Shown here one piece after another: positions 29,924-39,822 of a stretch of 58,293 bases of DNA. Numbering within the stretch: the stretch's first letter is position 1; every line of letters begins with the position of its first letter. Source of the DNA: Candidatus Eiseniibacteriota bacterium (GTDB lineage Bacteria > Eisenbacteria > RBG-16-71-46); assembly GCA_044223135.1 (NCBI GenBank), contig JBGAMH010000003.1:1-58293 (forward strand), given 5' to 3'. The translations under genes were made by a program, and so were the position numbers. The notes below the pieces were generated by a model. The model was not told the origin of the DNA and made no database searches. It saw only the letters and a program-made list of their open reading frames with translations.

Positions 29924-32067
29924 ACGTCCTCCTCCACGCCCGCATCCCGACGCTCCAGGAAGCCCACCGCCTCGGCGGCGAGCGTTCCGGCCGAACGCAC
30001 GCGTTCGGGCTCCACGGGCAGCGCATCCACGAAGGCTCGCCGGTATCCCGCGGTCGCCAGACGCGGATCGCACACCACCAGCACGCCGCGGTCGTCCGCG
30101 CGCCGAATCAGGCGCCCGACGCCCTGCCGGAATCGCAGCACGGCCTCGGGAACCGCATCGCCGCGGAAGGGATCCACGCCGCGCTCGCGGAGCCGTTCGC
30201 CGCGCGCCTCGACGATCGGATCGTCGGGCACCGAGAACGGGAGCTTCGCGACCACGAGGACTTCGAGAGCCTCTCCCGGAAAGTCGACACCTTCCCACAG
30301 GCTCTGCACGCCGAGCAAGACCGCACCCCGTTCCGCGCGGAATCGCTCCACGAGCAGTCCCGCGGGGCCGTCCCACTCCTGCGCGAGCAGCCGGCGCGAC
30401 GCCGGCAGCCGCGACACGAGGCGCTCGCGCACGCGCCGCAGCCGCTCGTGCGCGGTGAACAGCACGAGCACGTTGCGGGGCCTCGCCAGCATTCTCTCCT
30501 CGGCGTCGACGAGCGCCGCGATCACCTCGGTCACCGCCTCGGCCTCGTCGAGGTCGGAGTCGTACACGTACGCGCGCATCTGCTCGTGCAGCGGGAACGG
30601 CGAGGGGTACGAGATCCCCTCGTACGGCAGGCCGTACCGCTCGCCGAGCCCCAGCCGCTCGGCCGCCCATTCGAAATCCCCCGCCGCCGAGAGCGTGGCG
30701 CTGGCCAGCACCACCGCGCGCGGGCGGGACAGCAGCAGCCGGCGCGCGGTCTCGGCCACGGTCACGGGCGCCCCGCGCAACTCGGCACCCGGCGACTCCC
30801 CGCCCGCCTTCTGGGCGCGCGCCGACACGTTCCGCCAGTAGACCCAGTCCGGGTCGTCGGCGGCCGCCAGCCGGTCCAGCTCCAGCCCCAGCTCGGCCCA
30901 GCGCCCGGACACCATCTCCAGCTCCGCCGCGAGCTCCTCGCCCGGCTGCCCGGCATTCGCCGCCTCGGCCATGGACGCGGCGCGGCGCAGCGTGTTCGTG
31001 AAGACGCCGCAGTGCTCCATCAGCGTCTGCAGCGGGCCCAGGTCGCGGCCGAGCAGCTCGCCCGCCGAGCGGTAGCGCTGCCGCACGCCGTAGCGCCCGG
31101 CGCGCTCCATGGGCGGGGCCACGCGCGCGAACAGGTCGCGCGCCGACTCGCGCGTCTCCTCGCCGCGCTTCGCCAGTCGCTCGAGGTCGGCGTACAGCGC
31201 CTCGCGCGATTCGCCCGGGGCGAGCAGCGGCAGCAGCAGCGAGCGCAGCCGCGGCAGCAGGCCGCCCGCGCGGCGCCCGCCGGTGAGCGAGCCCGTGAGC
31301 CGCACCAGCTCGTCGAAGCGGTGGCGCGACACGCCGAGCTCGAGCTGCGACACGAGCACGCCCTCCAGCCGGTGCGCCTCGTCCACGATCAGCACCTCGG
31401 CCTCGGGCAGCAGGCCGTCGGCCTCGGCGGCGCGCGCGAGCAGCGCGTGGTTCACCACCACGAGCGACGCCTCCGCCGCGCGCCGGCGCGCACGCGCCCA
31501 GAAGCACTCGCGCGCCCGGCGGCAGGTGGCGCCGCCGCAGGCCGCCGGGTCGGCCGCCACGCGCGGGCGCACGCGGCGGAACGCCTCGGCGTCGGCGCCG
31601 CCGAACCGGTCGAGGTCCCCGCGGCGTCGCGCAGGCCTGGTCCACGCGCGCAGTGCTTCGAGCGCGTCGGTCTCCTCGGCGCCCTCGCCCTCGGCGATCT
31701 CGAGCGCGCGCGGGCACAGGTAGTTCGACTTGCCCTTGAGCACGGCCACTTCCAGCGGCAGGTCGAGCGCGTCGAGCAGCGCCGGAAGGTCGCGCTCGAA
31801 CAGCTGGTCCTGCAGCGAGCGCGTGCACGTGGCCACGATCACGCGCGCGCCGGTCGCCGACGCGTGCAGCACGGCCGGCAGCAGGTACGCGAGCGACTTG
31901 CCGACGCCCGTGGGCGCCTCGGCCATCAGCACGCCGCCCCGCTCGAGCGTCCACGCGGTGTCGCGTGCGAACGCCGCCTGCGAGTCGCGGCGCTCCCAGC
32001 CCGGCCACTGCGTGGCGAGCCGGCCGCCCGGCGCCATCAGCTGTTCGACGCGATCGGCGAGCGACAT
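29920..32067 (-). CDS. dinG: DinG/YoaA-family Fe-S helicase
   Basis: EAPTGVGKS, four Cys (NYLC...CGGATC...ECF), [19 protein letters not shown] and QGVGRLIR motifs. Confidence 0.9.
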   Translation of the reverse strand: MSLADRVEQLMAPGGRLATQWPGWERRDSQAAFARDTAWTLERGGVLMAEAPTGVGKSLAYLLPAVLHASATGARVIVATCTRSLQDQLFERDLPALLDALDLPLEVAVLKGKSNYLCPRALEIAEGEGAEETDALEALRAWTRPARRRGDLDRFGGADAEAFRRVRPRVAADPAACGGATCRRARECFWARARRRAAEASLVVVNHALLARAAEADGLLPEAEVLIVDEAHRLEGVLVSQLELGVSRHRFDELVRLTGSLTGGRRAGGLLPRLRSLLLPLLAPGESREALYADLERLAKRGEETRESARDLFARVAPPMERAGRYGVRQRYRSAGELLGRDLGPLQTLMEHCGVFTNTLRRAASMAEAANAGQPGEELAAELEMVSGRWAELGLELDRLAAADDPDWVYWRNVSARAQKAGGESPGAELRGAPVTVAETARRLLLSRPRAVVLASATLSAAGDFEWAAERLGLGERYGLPYEGISYPSPFPLHEQMRAYVYDSDLDEAEAVTEVIAALVDAEERMLARPRNVLVLFTAHERLRRVRERLVSRLPASRRLLAQEWDGPAGLLVERFRAERGAVLLGVQSLWEGVDFPGEALEVLVVAKLPFSVPDDPIVEARGERLRERGVDPFRGDAVPEAVLRFRQGVGRLIRRADDRGVLVVCDPRLATAGYRRAFVDALPVEPERVRSAGTLAAEAVGFLERRDAGVEEDV

Positions 32068-33770
32068 CAGAAGAGCGTCCCCAGCTGCAGGTGGATCTTG
32101 CCTTCCAGCGCGCCCGCGCCCGGCTCGAGGCCGTAGTCCAGGTCCACGAACCCGCCCGCGGCCGGCAGCCGCAGGCCGAAGCCCACGCCGTCCTTCTGCA
32201 CACGATCCAGCCGGTCGCCGGTCGCGGGCGCGGGCACGGCCACGCGCGTCTCCATCCACGCGTGGTCCCAGAACAGGCTCAGCCGTTCGCCGCGCGCCCC
32301 CACGAACCAGCGCCACTCCGTGCGCGCGAGCAGCCAGCGGTCGACGCGGAACGCCTCCTCGTTCTGGCCGCGGAGCGTGGCCGCGCCGCCCACGGCCCAG
32401 CGCTCGTAGTCCGGGCGCACGCGGTCGCCGCCGAACCGCCCGGCGCCCATCCACTCCAACGTCACGCCCGTACGCGCGGCGAGCGGGCGGTGCCACTCGG
32501 CCCGGCCCTCCAGCGCGCTCGCGGTGCTGGTGCGCGTGCCCACCACGCCCGCCACCGGGCGGAAGCGGTCGCGCTTGAACACCTGCGTCACCGCCACGCG
32601 CGCCCGCGTGCCGCGCCGCGGCTGCAGCACGTCGTCGCGCGCGTCGCGCTCGAGTCCCAGCGTGGTGTTCTGATACGCGGCCTGCTGCACGGCTCCCTGC
32701 GGCGTCACCACCCGCTCCTCCTCGTAACCGGCTTCCACGCGCTCGCCCGCGGTGAGCGACGCGAGCAGCTTCGCGCCCACGCGCGTGCGCGTGTACAGCG
32801 TGTCCTGCAGTTGCTGCGCCAGCGACACCTCGGCGCGCACCGGCAGGCCCAGCACCATCGGCTCGGTGTAGCGCGCGCCGAAGTCGGCGAGCCCGCGCCC
32901 GCGCGACTGCCACGCCAGCCCCACCGCACGTCCCGTGCCGCCCAGGTTGCCCAGGTCCAGCCGCGCGAGTCCCACCGCGCCGGCCTCGCCCTGCACGCCC
33001 ACCGCGCCCTCGAACCGGTTCACGCGCTGCTCGCGCACGCGCCACACGAGCCGGCCGCGGCTCCAGTCGCTGCCGCCCTCGAGCCCCGCGTACTCCACGC
33101 TCGAGAACAGCCCCAGCTGCTCCAGCCGCAACGTGGCCACGCGGGCGGCCGCGGGATCGTACGGCATTCCCGCGAGCCGGCCCATGCTGCGCTCCACGAA
33201 GCGCGGCTGCGCCGCGTCGAGCCCGTCCACGCGCACCGCGTCGATCGTCACGCGCGGGCCCGCGGCGCCCGACAATCGCACGTGCAGCCCCGCCGAGTCC
33301 GACTGCCAGCCGCCCACGCCGAGCTGCGCGTACGGGTGCCCCGCCGCCTCGGCCGCCGACACCGCGCGCTCGAGTCCCGCGGCGAACCACGCCGGGCTCG
33401 CCCAGTCGCCCACGCGCACGCCGAGCGCCGGCGCGAACAGCAGCGAGTCCTCGCGCGAGAGGTCCCACGCGAGCGTCGCCACGCGGCGCCGTGCGCCCGC
33501 GGTCACGCGCACCGCGAGCGTGGCGCTGTCGGGCCACTCGCCCTCGGCGTTCGCGTCCAGCCAGCCGTCGTCGCTGAGCCGGCCGACCACGCGGCCGAGC
33601 GCGGCGGCGAGCGCGGCGGAGTCGCCGGGCGCGCGCAGCGCCGGCGCGAACAGCGCCTCCAGCTCGCGGGTCGGCAGCGGCGCGCCGCGCGCGTCGAGCC
33701 GCACGGCCGCGGCGGCGGGCCACGCGAGCACGGCGCAGAACGCCGCGACGAGCCACGATCGGCGGGCCAT
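32067..33770 (-). CDS. Omp85 (BamA/TamA-family) outer-membrane protein
   Basis: Signal peptide, POTRA-like repeats (GHPYAQ, LEQLGLFSSVE), NLGGTGR barrel start, VGGAATLRG loop-6 motif, GVGFGLRL and terminal Phe. Confidence 0.85.
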   Translation of the reverse strand: MARRSWLVAAFCAVLAWPAAAAVRLDARGAPLPTRELEALFAPALRAPGDSAALAAALGRVVGRLSDDGWLDANAEGEWPDSATLAVRVTAGARRRVATLAWDLSREDSLLFAPALGVRVGDWASPAWFAAGLERAVSAAEAAGHPYAQLGVGGWQSDSAGLHVRLSGAAGPRVTIDAVRVDGLDAAQPRFVERSMGRLAGMPYDPAAARVATLRLEQLGLFSSVEYAGLEGGSDWSRGRLVWRVREQRVNRFEGAVGVQGEAGAVGLARLDLGNLGGTGRAVGLAWQSRGRGLADFGARYTEPMVLGLPVRAEVSLAQQLQDTLYTRTRVGAKLLASLTAGERVEAGYEEERVVTPQGAVQQAAYQNTTLGLERDARDDVLQPRRGTRARVAVTQVFKRDRFRPVAGVVGTRTSTASALEGRAEWHRPLAARTGVTLEWMGAGRFGGDRVRPDYERWAVGGAATLRGQNEEAFRVDRWLLARTEWRWFVGARGERLSLFWDHAWMETRVAVPAPATGDRLDRVQKDGVGFGLRLPAAGGFVDLDYGLEPGAGALEGKIHLQLGTLF

Positions 33771-36700
33771 CAGAAGAACGCCCTCAGCTCGGCGCGCGCC
33801 CGTGGCGATCGCCGCGCGGCCCGGGCGCTCGCGCACGGCGGCGGTGAGCCCGAACGTGACCGCGTCGCGCAGCCGCACGTCGGCGCGCGCGGTGGCGTCC
33901 CAGCGCGCCGCCCCGCCGGATCGACCGCGGGCAGCAGCCCCGAAGCGGGCGGCCCGGCCACGAACGCGCGGCGCGCGGTGAACTCCAGCCGCCCGCGCGC
34001 GCCCACCGACAGGCCCACGTCGGGGCCCACGCGCAGCGTCCGCGTCGTGGGGCGACGCCGCCCGCCGAGCCGGCGTCGGGACGCGACCACGTGGCCTCGA
34101 GCGCGCCGGAGGTTCGCAGCGACGGCGCCGGCTGCCACGCCACCACGCCCTGCCCGCCCTGCTCCACCAGCGTCCGCTCGTAGCGTGCGCCGCCGGCGAG
34201 CGCCTGCGTGGCGCGCTGCCACTGCACGCGCCCTCGGATTCCAGCGTCACCGTGGCCGCCGGACGCGCGCGCCAGCGCAGCTGCGCCGTGCGCTGGTCGG
34301 TGATCTGCGCGAAGTTCGAGTACGAGCGGTCGCCGGTCACGCGCCGCTCGAGCCGCGCGTACACCGACGCGGCCCGCGAGCCCGGCGCGAGATCGCTCTC
34401 CAGCCGCTGCAGCACGCTCCCGCGCGACAGGGCCCCGTCGGCGAGCACCGCGCCGCCCGACAGCCACGCGTCGCCCGCGCGCGCGCCACCGCGCCGGCGC
34501 GCCTCGGTTTCGCTCACGAACTCGAGCCGCGAACCGCGCCACGCGTCGGACGCGCCGAACGTCCACGACGCGCGCGCACTCGCGGCGGCGCGCGCCACGC
34601 GGTCGAGGTCGTTGCTCACCACCAGCACCAGGTCGTAATCGCCGGTGCCCACGAAGTTGCCGAGCGCGTCGTAACCGCCGCGGCCCGCGCCCACGAAGCG
34701 CAGCTCGCGCGAGCGGCGGTTCTCGCCCTCGCTCGTCAGCTCCAGGTTGTACGTGCCCGTGAGGCCGCGCTCGCGGTGCTCGGCGCGCAGCCGCACGCTC
34801 GCGAGGTCGCTGCGCGAGCGCGTCGGGTCGCCGAGCGGCCGCAGGTCGCGGCGCTGCGCCTGCAGCACCGCGCTCACGGCGCTCGCGGCGGGGCTCTCGA
34901 GCCCCACGCGCAGCGTGCGCACGTCGCGCTGGTCGAACCAGCCCTCGCCCGAGCGCACGGCGTCGCGCCGCGTGGCGAGGCCGGTGGACACGCGCCACGG
35001 CACGCGCGAGCCCGACGCCAGCTCGGCGCCCCATTCGCGGAAGCGTTCGCCGGCGCGGCCGGTGTCGGCGGCGAACGTGCGCCGGTCGCTCTCGAAGCGC
35101 AGCGTCGGCGTCACCCACGCACCGCCCGCGCGCACGTCGGCCTGCCAGCGCTCGCGGCCGGCGCCGCCGAACGCGAGCCCGGCCACGGCGCCGTCCGATC
35201 GCGACCACGCCGCCCAGCGCGCCGCCGCCACGCCATTCGGCCGCGCGCCGCCAGCCGGCATAGCCGTCCGGCGTCACCAGCCGCGCGACGTCGGCGCGCA
35301 ACTCGTCGCCTCTCGCGCCCGGCTGCCAGCGCACGGCGGCGCTCGAGCGGCGCTGGTGCTCGAGGTCGGCGGCGGCGGGCAGCCCCCAGTCTTCCTCGGC
35401 GAACGGCCGCTCCAGCCGCGAGAACGGCGCGAACCGCCGCCCCACTTCGCGCGTGACCGCCTCCACGCCGAGCCGGCCCCAGCGCCCGGCGAGCGGGCGC
35501 GACCAGGCCAGCGCCAGCCGCCCGGCCGCGCCCGCGTCGTCGCCGTCGTCGCGCGAGGAGAACGTGTTGCGATCCAGCCGCGACACGGCGCCCTCGGCTT
35601 CCACCGCCAGGCCGCCGCGCGCCCAGCGTCCGCCCGCGCTCCACAGCCGCTGCGATTCGGCCAGCGGCAGCGCGCGCCCGATCACGTAGCGCCCGAGCCC
35701 CGCGCCCACGAAGCGGTAGGCCGTGCGGCCCGACACGACCGTGGAGTCCACGTAGTCGCCCGCGCCCTGCGCGACCGGCGCGAAGCGCACCTGGAACGCG
35801 CCGGAGTCGGGGCCGGCCCACGCGTACACGAGCTGCCCCGTCGCCGTGCGCACGCTGTCGTAGTCGCCGGCCGCGGCGGTCACGCCGGCGGCGAGCGCGC
35901 GCGACGCCGAGTCGCCCGCCGACGCGAGCACGAGCCGCTCGTTCGCGCCGAGCGTGGCGTCGAGCGGCCGGCCGCGGTCGTCGCCCTCGGCGAGCACGTT
36001 CGTGAACAGCGACAGCCCGCCGAGCTTCCACTCGGCGCCGCCCGCCGCGAGGTTCCGGCGGAACCGCGTGACCGCGTACTGGTACTCCACCGTGATGCGC
36101 GACGCCGAGCTGATGGGCCGCCGGTTCGAGAACGTCAGCCGCGCGCGCTCGTAGTCCATCACGTAGTCGGCCGTCTCGCCGCGCGTGAGCCGCGCGCCGT
36201 CGAGCGTGACCACCTCGCTGCCCGCCACCACCGTGATGCCGCCGGCGCCGTCGCGGCCGGTGAGCAGGTACGGGCCCTGGCGGCCCTCGACGCCGCTGAA
36301 CTGCATCCGCTGGTATTCGCCCTGCGCGCTCGCGGCCGCTCCGAACACGCTGGCGCCGCCCGAATGCCACGTGCCGCGCGCGCCCTGCAGCCGCCGCTCC
36401 ACGCGCGCGAACTCGCCGCGGTCCAACGTCAGCGGCAGGTCGCCGAGCGACGCCGAGCCCTGCGGGCCGCGCAGTTCCACGAGCAGCCGGTCGAGCGACT
36501 GCAGGTCCTGCGTGGCGCCGGCGGCGGACAGCGGCGTGCTCTGGTCCGACAGCACGCCCGTCAGCTCCACGCCCGGGGCGAGCGTGCCGGTGACCGACAG
36601 GTCGAGCGACTGGCGCAGCGTCGCGTCCTGCGTGGAGCCGAACTCCACGGCGAGCGTCTTGTTGCCCGTGAGCGCGAGCGTCGCGCCCGGCGGGGCACCG

Positions 36701-37134
36701 GACGGATCGCGCGCGGTGGACGCGCGCGCCGTGGCCGGCGGCACGATCAGGCTGTCGGGGTCCGGCGCCGCGCCGGCGAGCGAGCCGGGCGGCCGGTAGC
36801 GCAGGTGCGCCACCTCGAGCGGCGGCGGCGCGAGCAGGCGGCACGTGGCCACCCACAGCGTCTCGCCCGCCGCCGGCGCGCGCAGCAGTCGCACGTCGCC
36901 GCGCAGCAGGTCGATCGCGTAGTCCTGCCCGCGCACCCACGCGCCGCGGCGCGACCACACCGAATCGCTGCCCGCCCGCACGAACGGCTGCAGCCGGAAC
37001 ACGCTCGTGCCCGGCGTCAGCACCACGCGCGTGACCGCGCACGACGGGTCGCGGACCGGCACCGCGCCGGCGCGCGCGGCCACCCCCAGCGCGATCGACA
37101 GGGCGACGGCGCGGGCCGCGCCGCGCGGCATCAT
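33770..37134 (-). CDS. Large (~1120 aa) outer-membrane barrel, SprA-like, broken by at least 5 frameshifts (~35214, 34230, 34050, 33912, 33798)
   Basis: Stitched from three frames: signal peptide MMPRGAARAVALSIALGVAARAGA, GNKTLAVEFGSTQDATLRQSLDLSVTG, GRQGPYLL...VVAGSEVVTLDGARLTRGETADYVMDY and many amphipathic strands, ending RAELRAFF-stop, which overlaps the Omp85 ATG. Confidence 0.7.
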
Positions 37135-38153
37135 CGGTTCCGGCCGGCCGGCTCGATGCGGAATCGACGCACGCGTCCCGCGGCCGCCTCGGCCACGAGC
37201 AGCGAGCCGTCGGGTGCGAACGCCAGCGCCACCGGGCCCGCGAGGCCGTCCATCGTGGCGAGCGGCGTACCTTCGCGCGCGAACAGCCACACGTCGCCGC
37301 CGCGCTCGTCGGCCAGCGCGACGCGCGACGAGTCGTCCACCGCCACCGGGAGCTCGCCCTCGGCGCGCGCGCTGCCCACCGGCACCATCCACGCGCCGAG
37401 CGGGCGGCCCGAGGCGTCCAGCCGCTGCACGCGCACCGCCGGCGCCGGCGCGACGGCCTTGCGCGCGGGGCGCGACGGATGCTCGCTCGTCACGAGCGCG
37501 CCGTCCGGGCCCGTGGCGACGCCGGCCAGCCGCTGGAACGAGCCCGGCTTCGGGCCGAAGCCGCCGATCACGCGCTGGAAGCGGCCCGTGAAGTCGAAGC
37601 TCACCACCCGGTCGCGATCGCCGTCGGCCACGAACAGCGCCCCGCCGCGGTCGCACGCGATGCCCACCGGGCGCACGCGGCCCACGAACGGATCGCCCTC
37701 GAGCGCGGCCAGGTCCACGAGCACGCCGCGCAGGTGGCCCTGCAGGTCGTACGACACGACGCGCCGGTTCTCGACGTCGAGCACCGCCATGCCCGCCGAG
37801 CCCTGGCGCGTCACCGCGGCGATGCGCCGGAACTGCCCCGCCTCGCTGCCGAGCCCGCCGGTGACGTCGAGCCACTCGCCGCGCGCGCCCCAGCGCAGCA
37901 GCGCGTTCACACCGGCGTCGCTCACGGACACGCGGCCGAACGCGTCGGTCGCGACGCCGGCCGGCTGCGCGATCCGCCCGCCCGCGTCGGTGGGCTGCAG
38001 TTCGCCGGCCGACACGAACGCGAACGGCAGTTCGACCACCACGTGCAGCGTGTCGTATGCCTCGGGCGGCGCGGGCGTCCCGGCGTGCGCGACCGCGGCC
38101 CACGCCAGCAGCAGCGCACCGGCCCAACGCGTGAGGACTGTCGAACCCCGCAT
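37131..38153 (-). CDS. Exported NHL-repeat beta-propeller protein
   Basis: Signal peptide (AHA-G); repeated PAGVATD/PVGIACD/PVALAFAPDG...VAD blades and GGLGSEAGQF/GGFGPKPGSF loops. Confidence 0.85.
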   Translation of the reverse strand: MRGSTVLTRWAGALLLAWAAVAHAGTPAPPEAYDTLHVVVELPFAFVSAGELQPTDAGGRIAQPAGVATDAFGRVSVSDAGVNALLRWGARGEWLDVTGGLGSEAGQFRRIAAVTRQGSAGMAVLDVENRRVVSYDLQGHLRGVLVDLAALEGDPFVGRVRPVGIACDRGGALFVADGDRDRVVSFDFTGRFQRVIGGFGPKPGSFQRLAGVATGPDGALVTSEHPSRPARKAVAPAPAVRVQRLDASGRPLGAWMVPVGSARAEGELPVAVDDSSRVALADERGGDVWLFAREGTPLATMDGLAGPVALAFAPDGSLLVAEAAAGRVRRFRIEPAGRNR

Positions 38154-38173
38154 GCAGCGCCTCCCGCGCGCGA

Positions 38174-39031
38174 TCAGAAGTCCGCGTGCAGACCGGCGCG
38201 GAAGCCGGCGGGATCGTCCGGGTGCGGCGACACCTGCAGGCGGAGCGACGTGCCGGGCTCGCCCGGATGCCCCGCGATCCGCGCCGCGTGCAGCGCGCTC
38301 ACCAGCCGGTTCGCCACCGCCACGGCGAGCGCGGTGTTCGCGCGCAGGCCGGCGCGCTGCGCGTCCTTCCGCTGGGCGCGGTAGCGCAGGATGCTCTCGA
38401 TGTCGGACCAAGACCACGCGTCCGCGCCACCGATCGAGTGCGCGGCGATGTACGCGCGGTAGCCGTCCATGTCGGGCTGGTTCGGGTCGGTCAGGTAGAG
38501 ATTCGCCGCGTCGCGCGAGACCACGAACAGGTTGTACTCGGAGCTGCTCAGGTAGTTGCCGACGTTGCGCAGGTACTCCTCGTCGCGGCCGCGCAGGTCG
38601 ATGCCCGCGAACAGCCGGGCCGTGCGCTCGAACGAGCCTTCCCGCATCGACTGCTGCAGCCGGAACGCGGTGAACGCCGTCCACGCGCCGAGCTCGGTGA
38701 TGCCGAACACGGTGGCGCTGCGGCGGTGCCCCAGCGTGGCCTGGCCCCAGCCCGGGATCGTCAGCGAGCGGAGCAGGATGCGCGCGCGCTCGGCGCCGAG
38801 CGGTGCGCTCTCGTCTTCCTCGGCGGTGTGCGGCGACTTCGGCTTCTTCGGCGTCTTCGGCTTGCGCTTCACGTCGTCGTAGCCGGTGATCGTGGACGCC
38901 TGCAGCGCGAGCCCCGACACGAGTTCCGGGCGCGCCGGCGCCGTGGCCTCGAACCCGGTCGCGGCCGCGCGCACGCTTCCGGCCCAGCCCATCACCAGCA
39001 CGGCACAGCACACCAGGCGGAGCGAGCGCAC
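38174..39031 (-). CDS. Exported DUF5683-like protein with C-terminal Phe
   Basis: Signal peptide, RSLTIPGWGQATLG motif, ANRLVSALHA motif and C-terminal AGLHADF. Confidence 0.6.
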   Translation of the reverse strand: MRSLRLVCCAVLVMGWAGSVRAAATGFEATAPARPELVSGLALQASTITGYDDVKRKPKTPKKPKSPHTAEEDESAPLGAERARILLRSLTIPGWGQATLGHRRSATVFGITELGAWTAFTAFRLQQSMREGSFERTARLFAGIDLRGRDEEYLRNVGNYLSSSEYNLFVVSRDAANLYLTDPNQPDMDGYRAYIAAHSIGGADAWSWSDIESILRYRAQRKDAQRAGLRANTALAVAVANRLVSALHAARIAGHPGEPGTSLRLQVSPHPDDPAGFRAGLHADF

Positions 39032-39033
39032 GA

Positions 39034-39822
39034 TCAGAATCTCCTCTGCAGCGCGGCACGCAGCGCGGGCCCGTGACGGTTCCAGCGCGCGCCCACCTTG
39101 AGGTCGAGGTCGCGCTGCAGCGGCAGGTTGTGGAAGCGCGCGGTGCGCAGCGCGTCCCACGCGGACAACAGGTGGTTGGCCCACACCGCCGCCTGTACGA
39201 ATCGCGACTGGCGGAGCGCCCGGTCGGAGCGATCGCGCCGGTCGGTGTAGCCCAGGAATCCGGCCGTGCCCTGCGTGGCGAAGCCCGCCTGCAGCGTCGG
39301 GTCGCGCGAGAGCTGGTCGTAGAACCCCTCGCGATCGCCCGCCCACAGTTCCTGGAGGCGCGACGGGTCCACGCCCTCGCGCTCCAGGCGCGCGAACGAG
39401 AACACCGAGTTGGAGTCGTACGGGTTGCCCACGAAGCCCGCGGCCTTGTCGCGCCAGTCGTCGGCCTTGCGGTCGAGCAGCGCCATGCCCGCCCAGCCTC
39501 CGGCCTCGGCGAGCAGGTAGAGCCAGCCGCTGCCTTCGCCCAGGTAGAACTGGCCGCTGCCGGGCAGCAGCGCCGACGCAGCGAACGCGCCGCCCTCGGA
39601 CTTCCAGCCCTGCACGTCGACCTCGGCGTACACCGAGTCCTCGGACATCCCCCACTCGCGCGTGATCGAACGCTGCGCGAGCCACAGCTCGGGATGCGCG
39701 CCGCCGTCCACCGTGCCGCGCGCGAACGCCGTGTACGGCGCGGGCGCCGCGGCGCGCGGCGCCGAGGCGTGCACCACGCCCGGCAGCGCGAGCAGCAGCA
39801 GCGCGAGCGCGAGCGCTTTCAT
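39034..39822 (-). CDS. Exported DUF5683-like protein, paralog of the downstream gene
   Basis: Signal peptide MKALALALLLLALPGVVHA, SALLPGSGQFYLG motif, ANHLLSAWDA motif and terminal Phe. Confidence 0.6.
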   Translation of the reverse strand: MKALALALLLLALPGVVHASAPRAAAPAPYTAFARGTVDGGAHPELWLAQRSITREWGMSEDSVYAEVDVQGWKSEGGAFAASALLPGSGQFYLGEGSGWLYLLAEAGGWAGMALLDRKADDWRDKAAGFVGNPYDSNSVFSFARLEREGVDPSRLQELWAGDREGFYDQLSRDPTLQAGFATQGTAGFLGYTDRRDRSDRALRQSRFVQAAVWANHLLSAWDALRTARFHNLPLQRDLDLKVGARWNRHGPALRAALQRRF

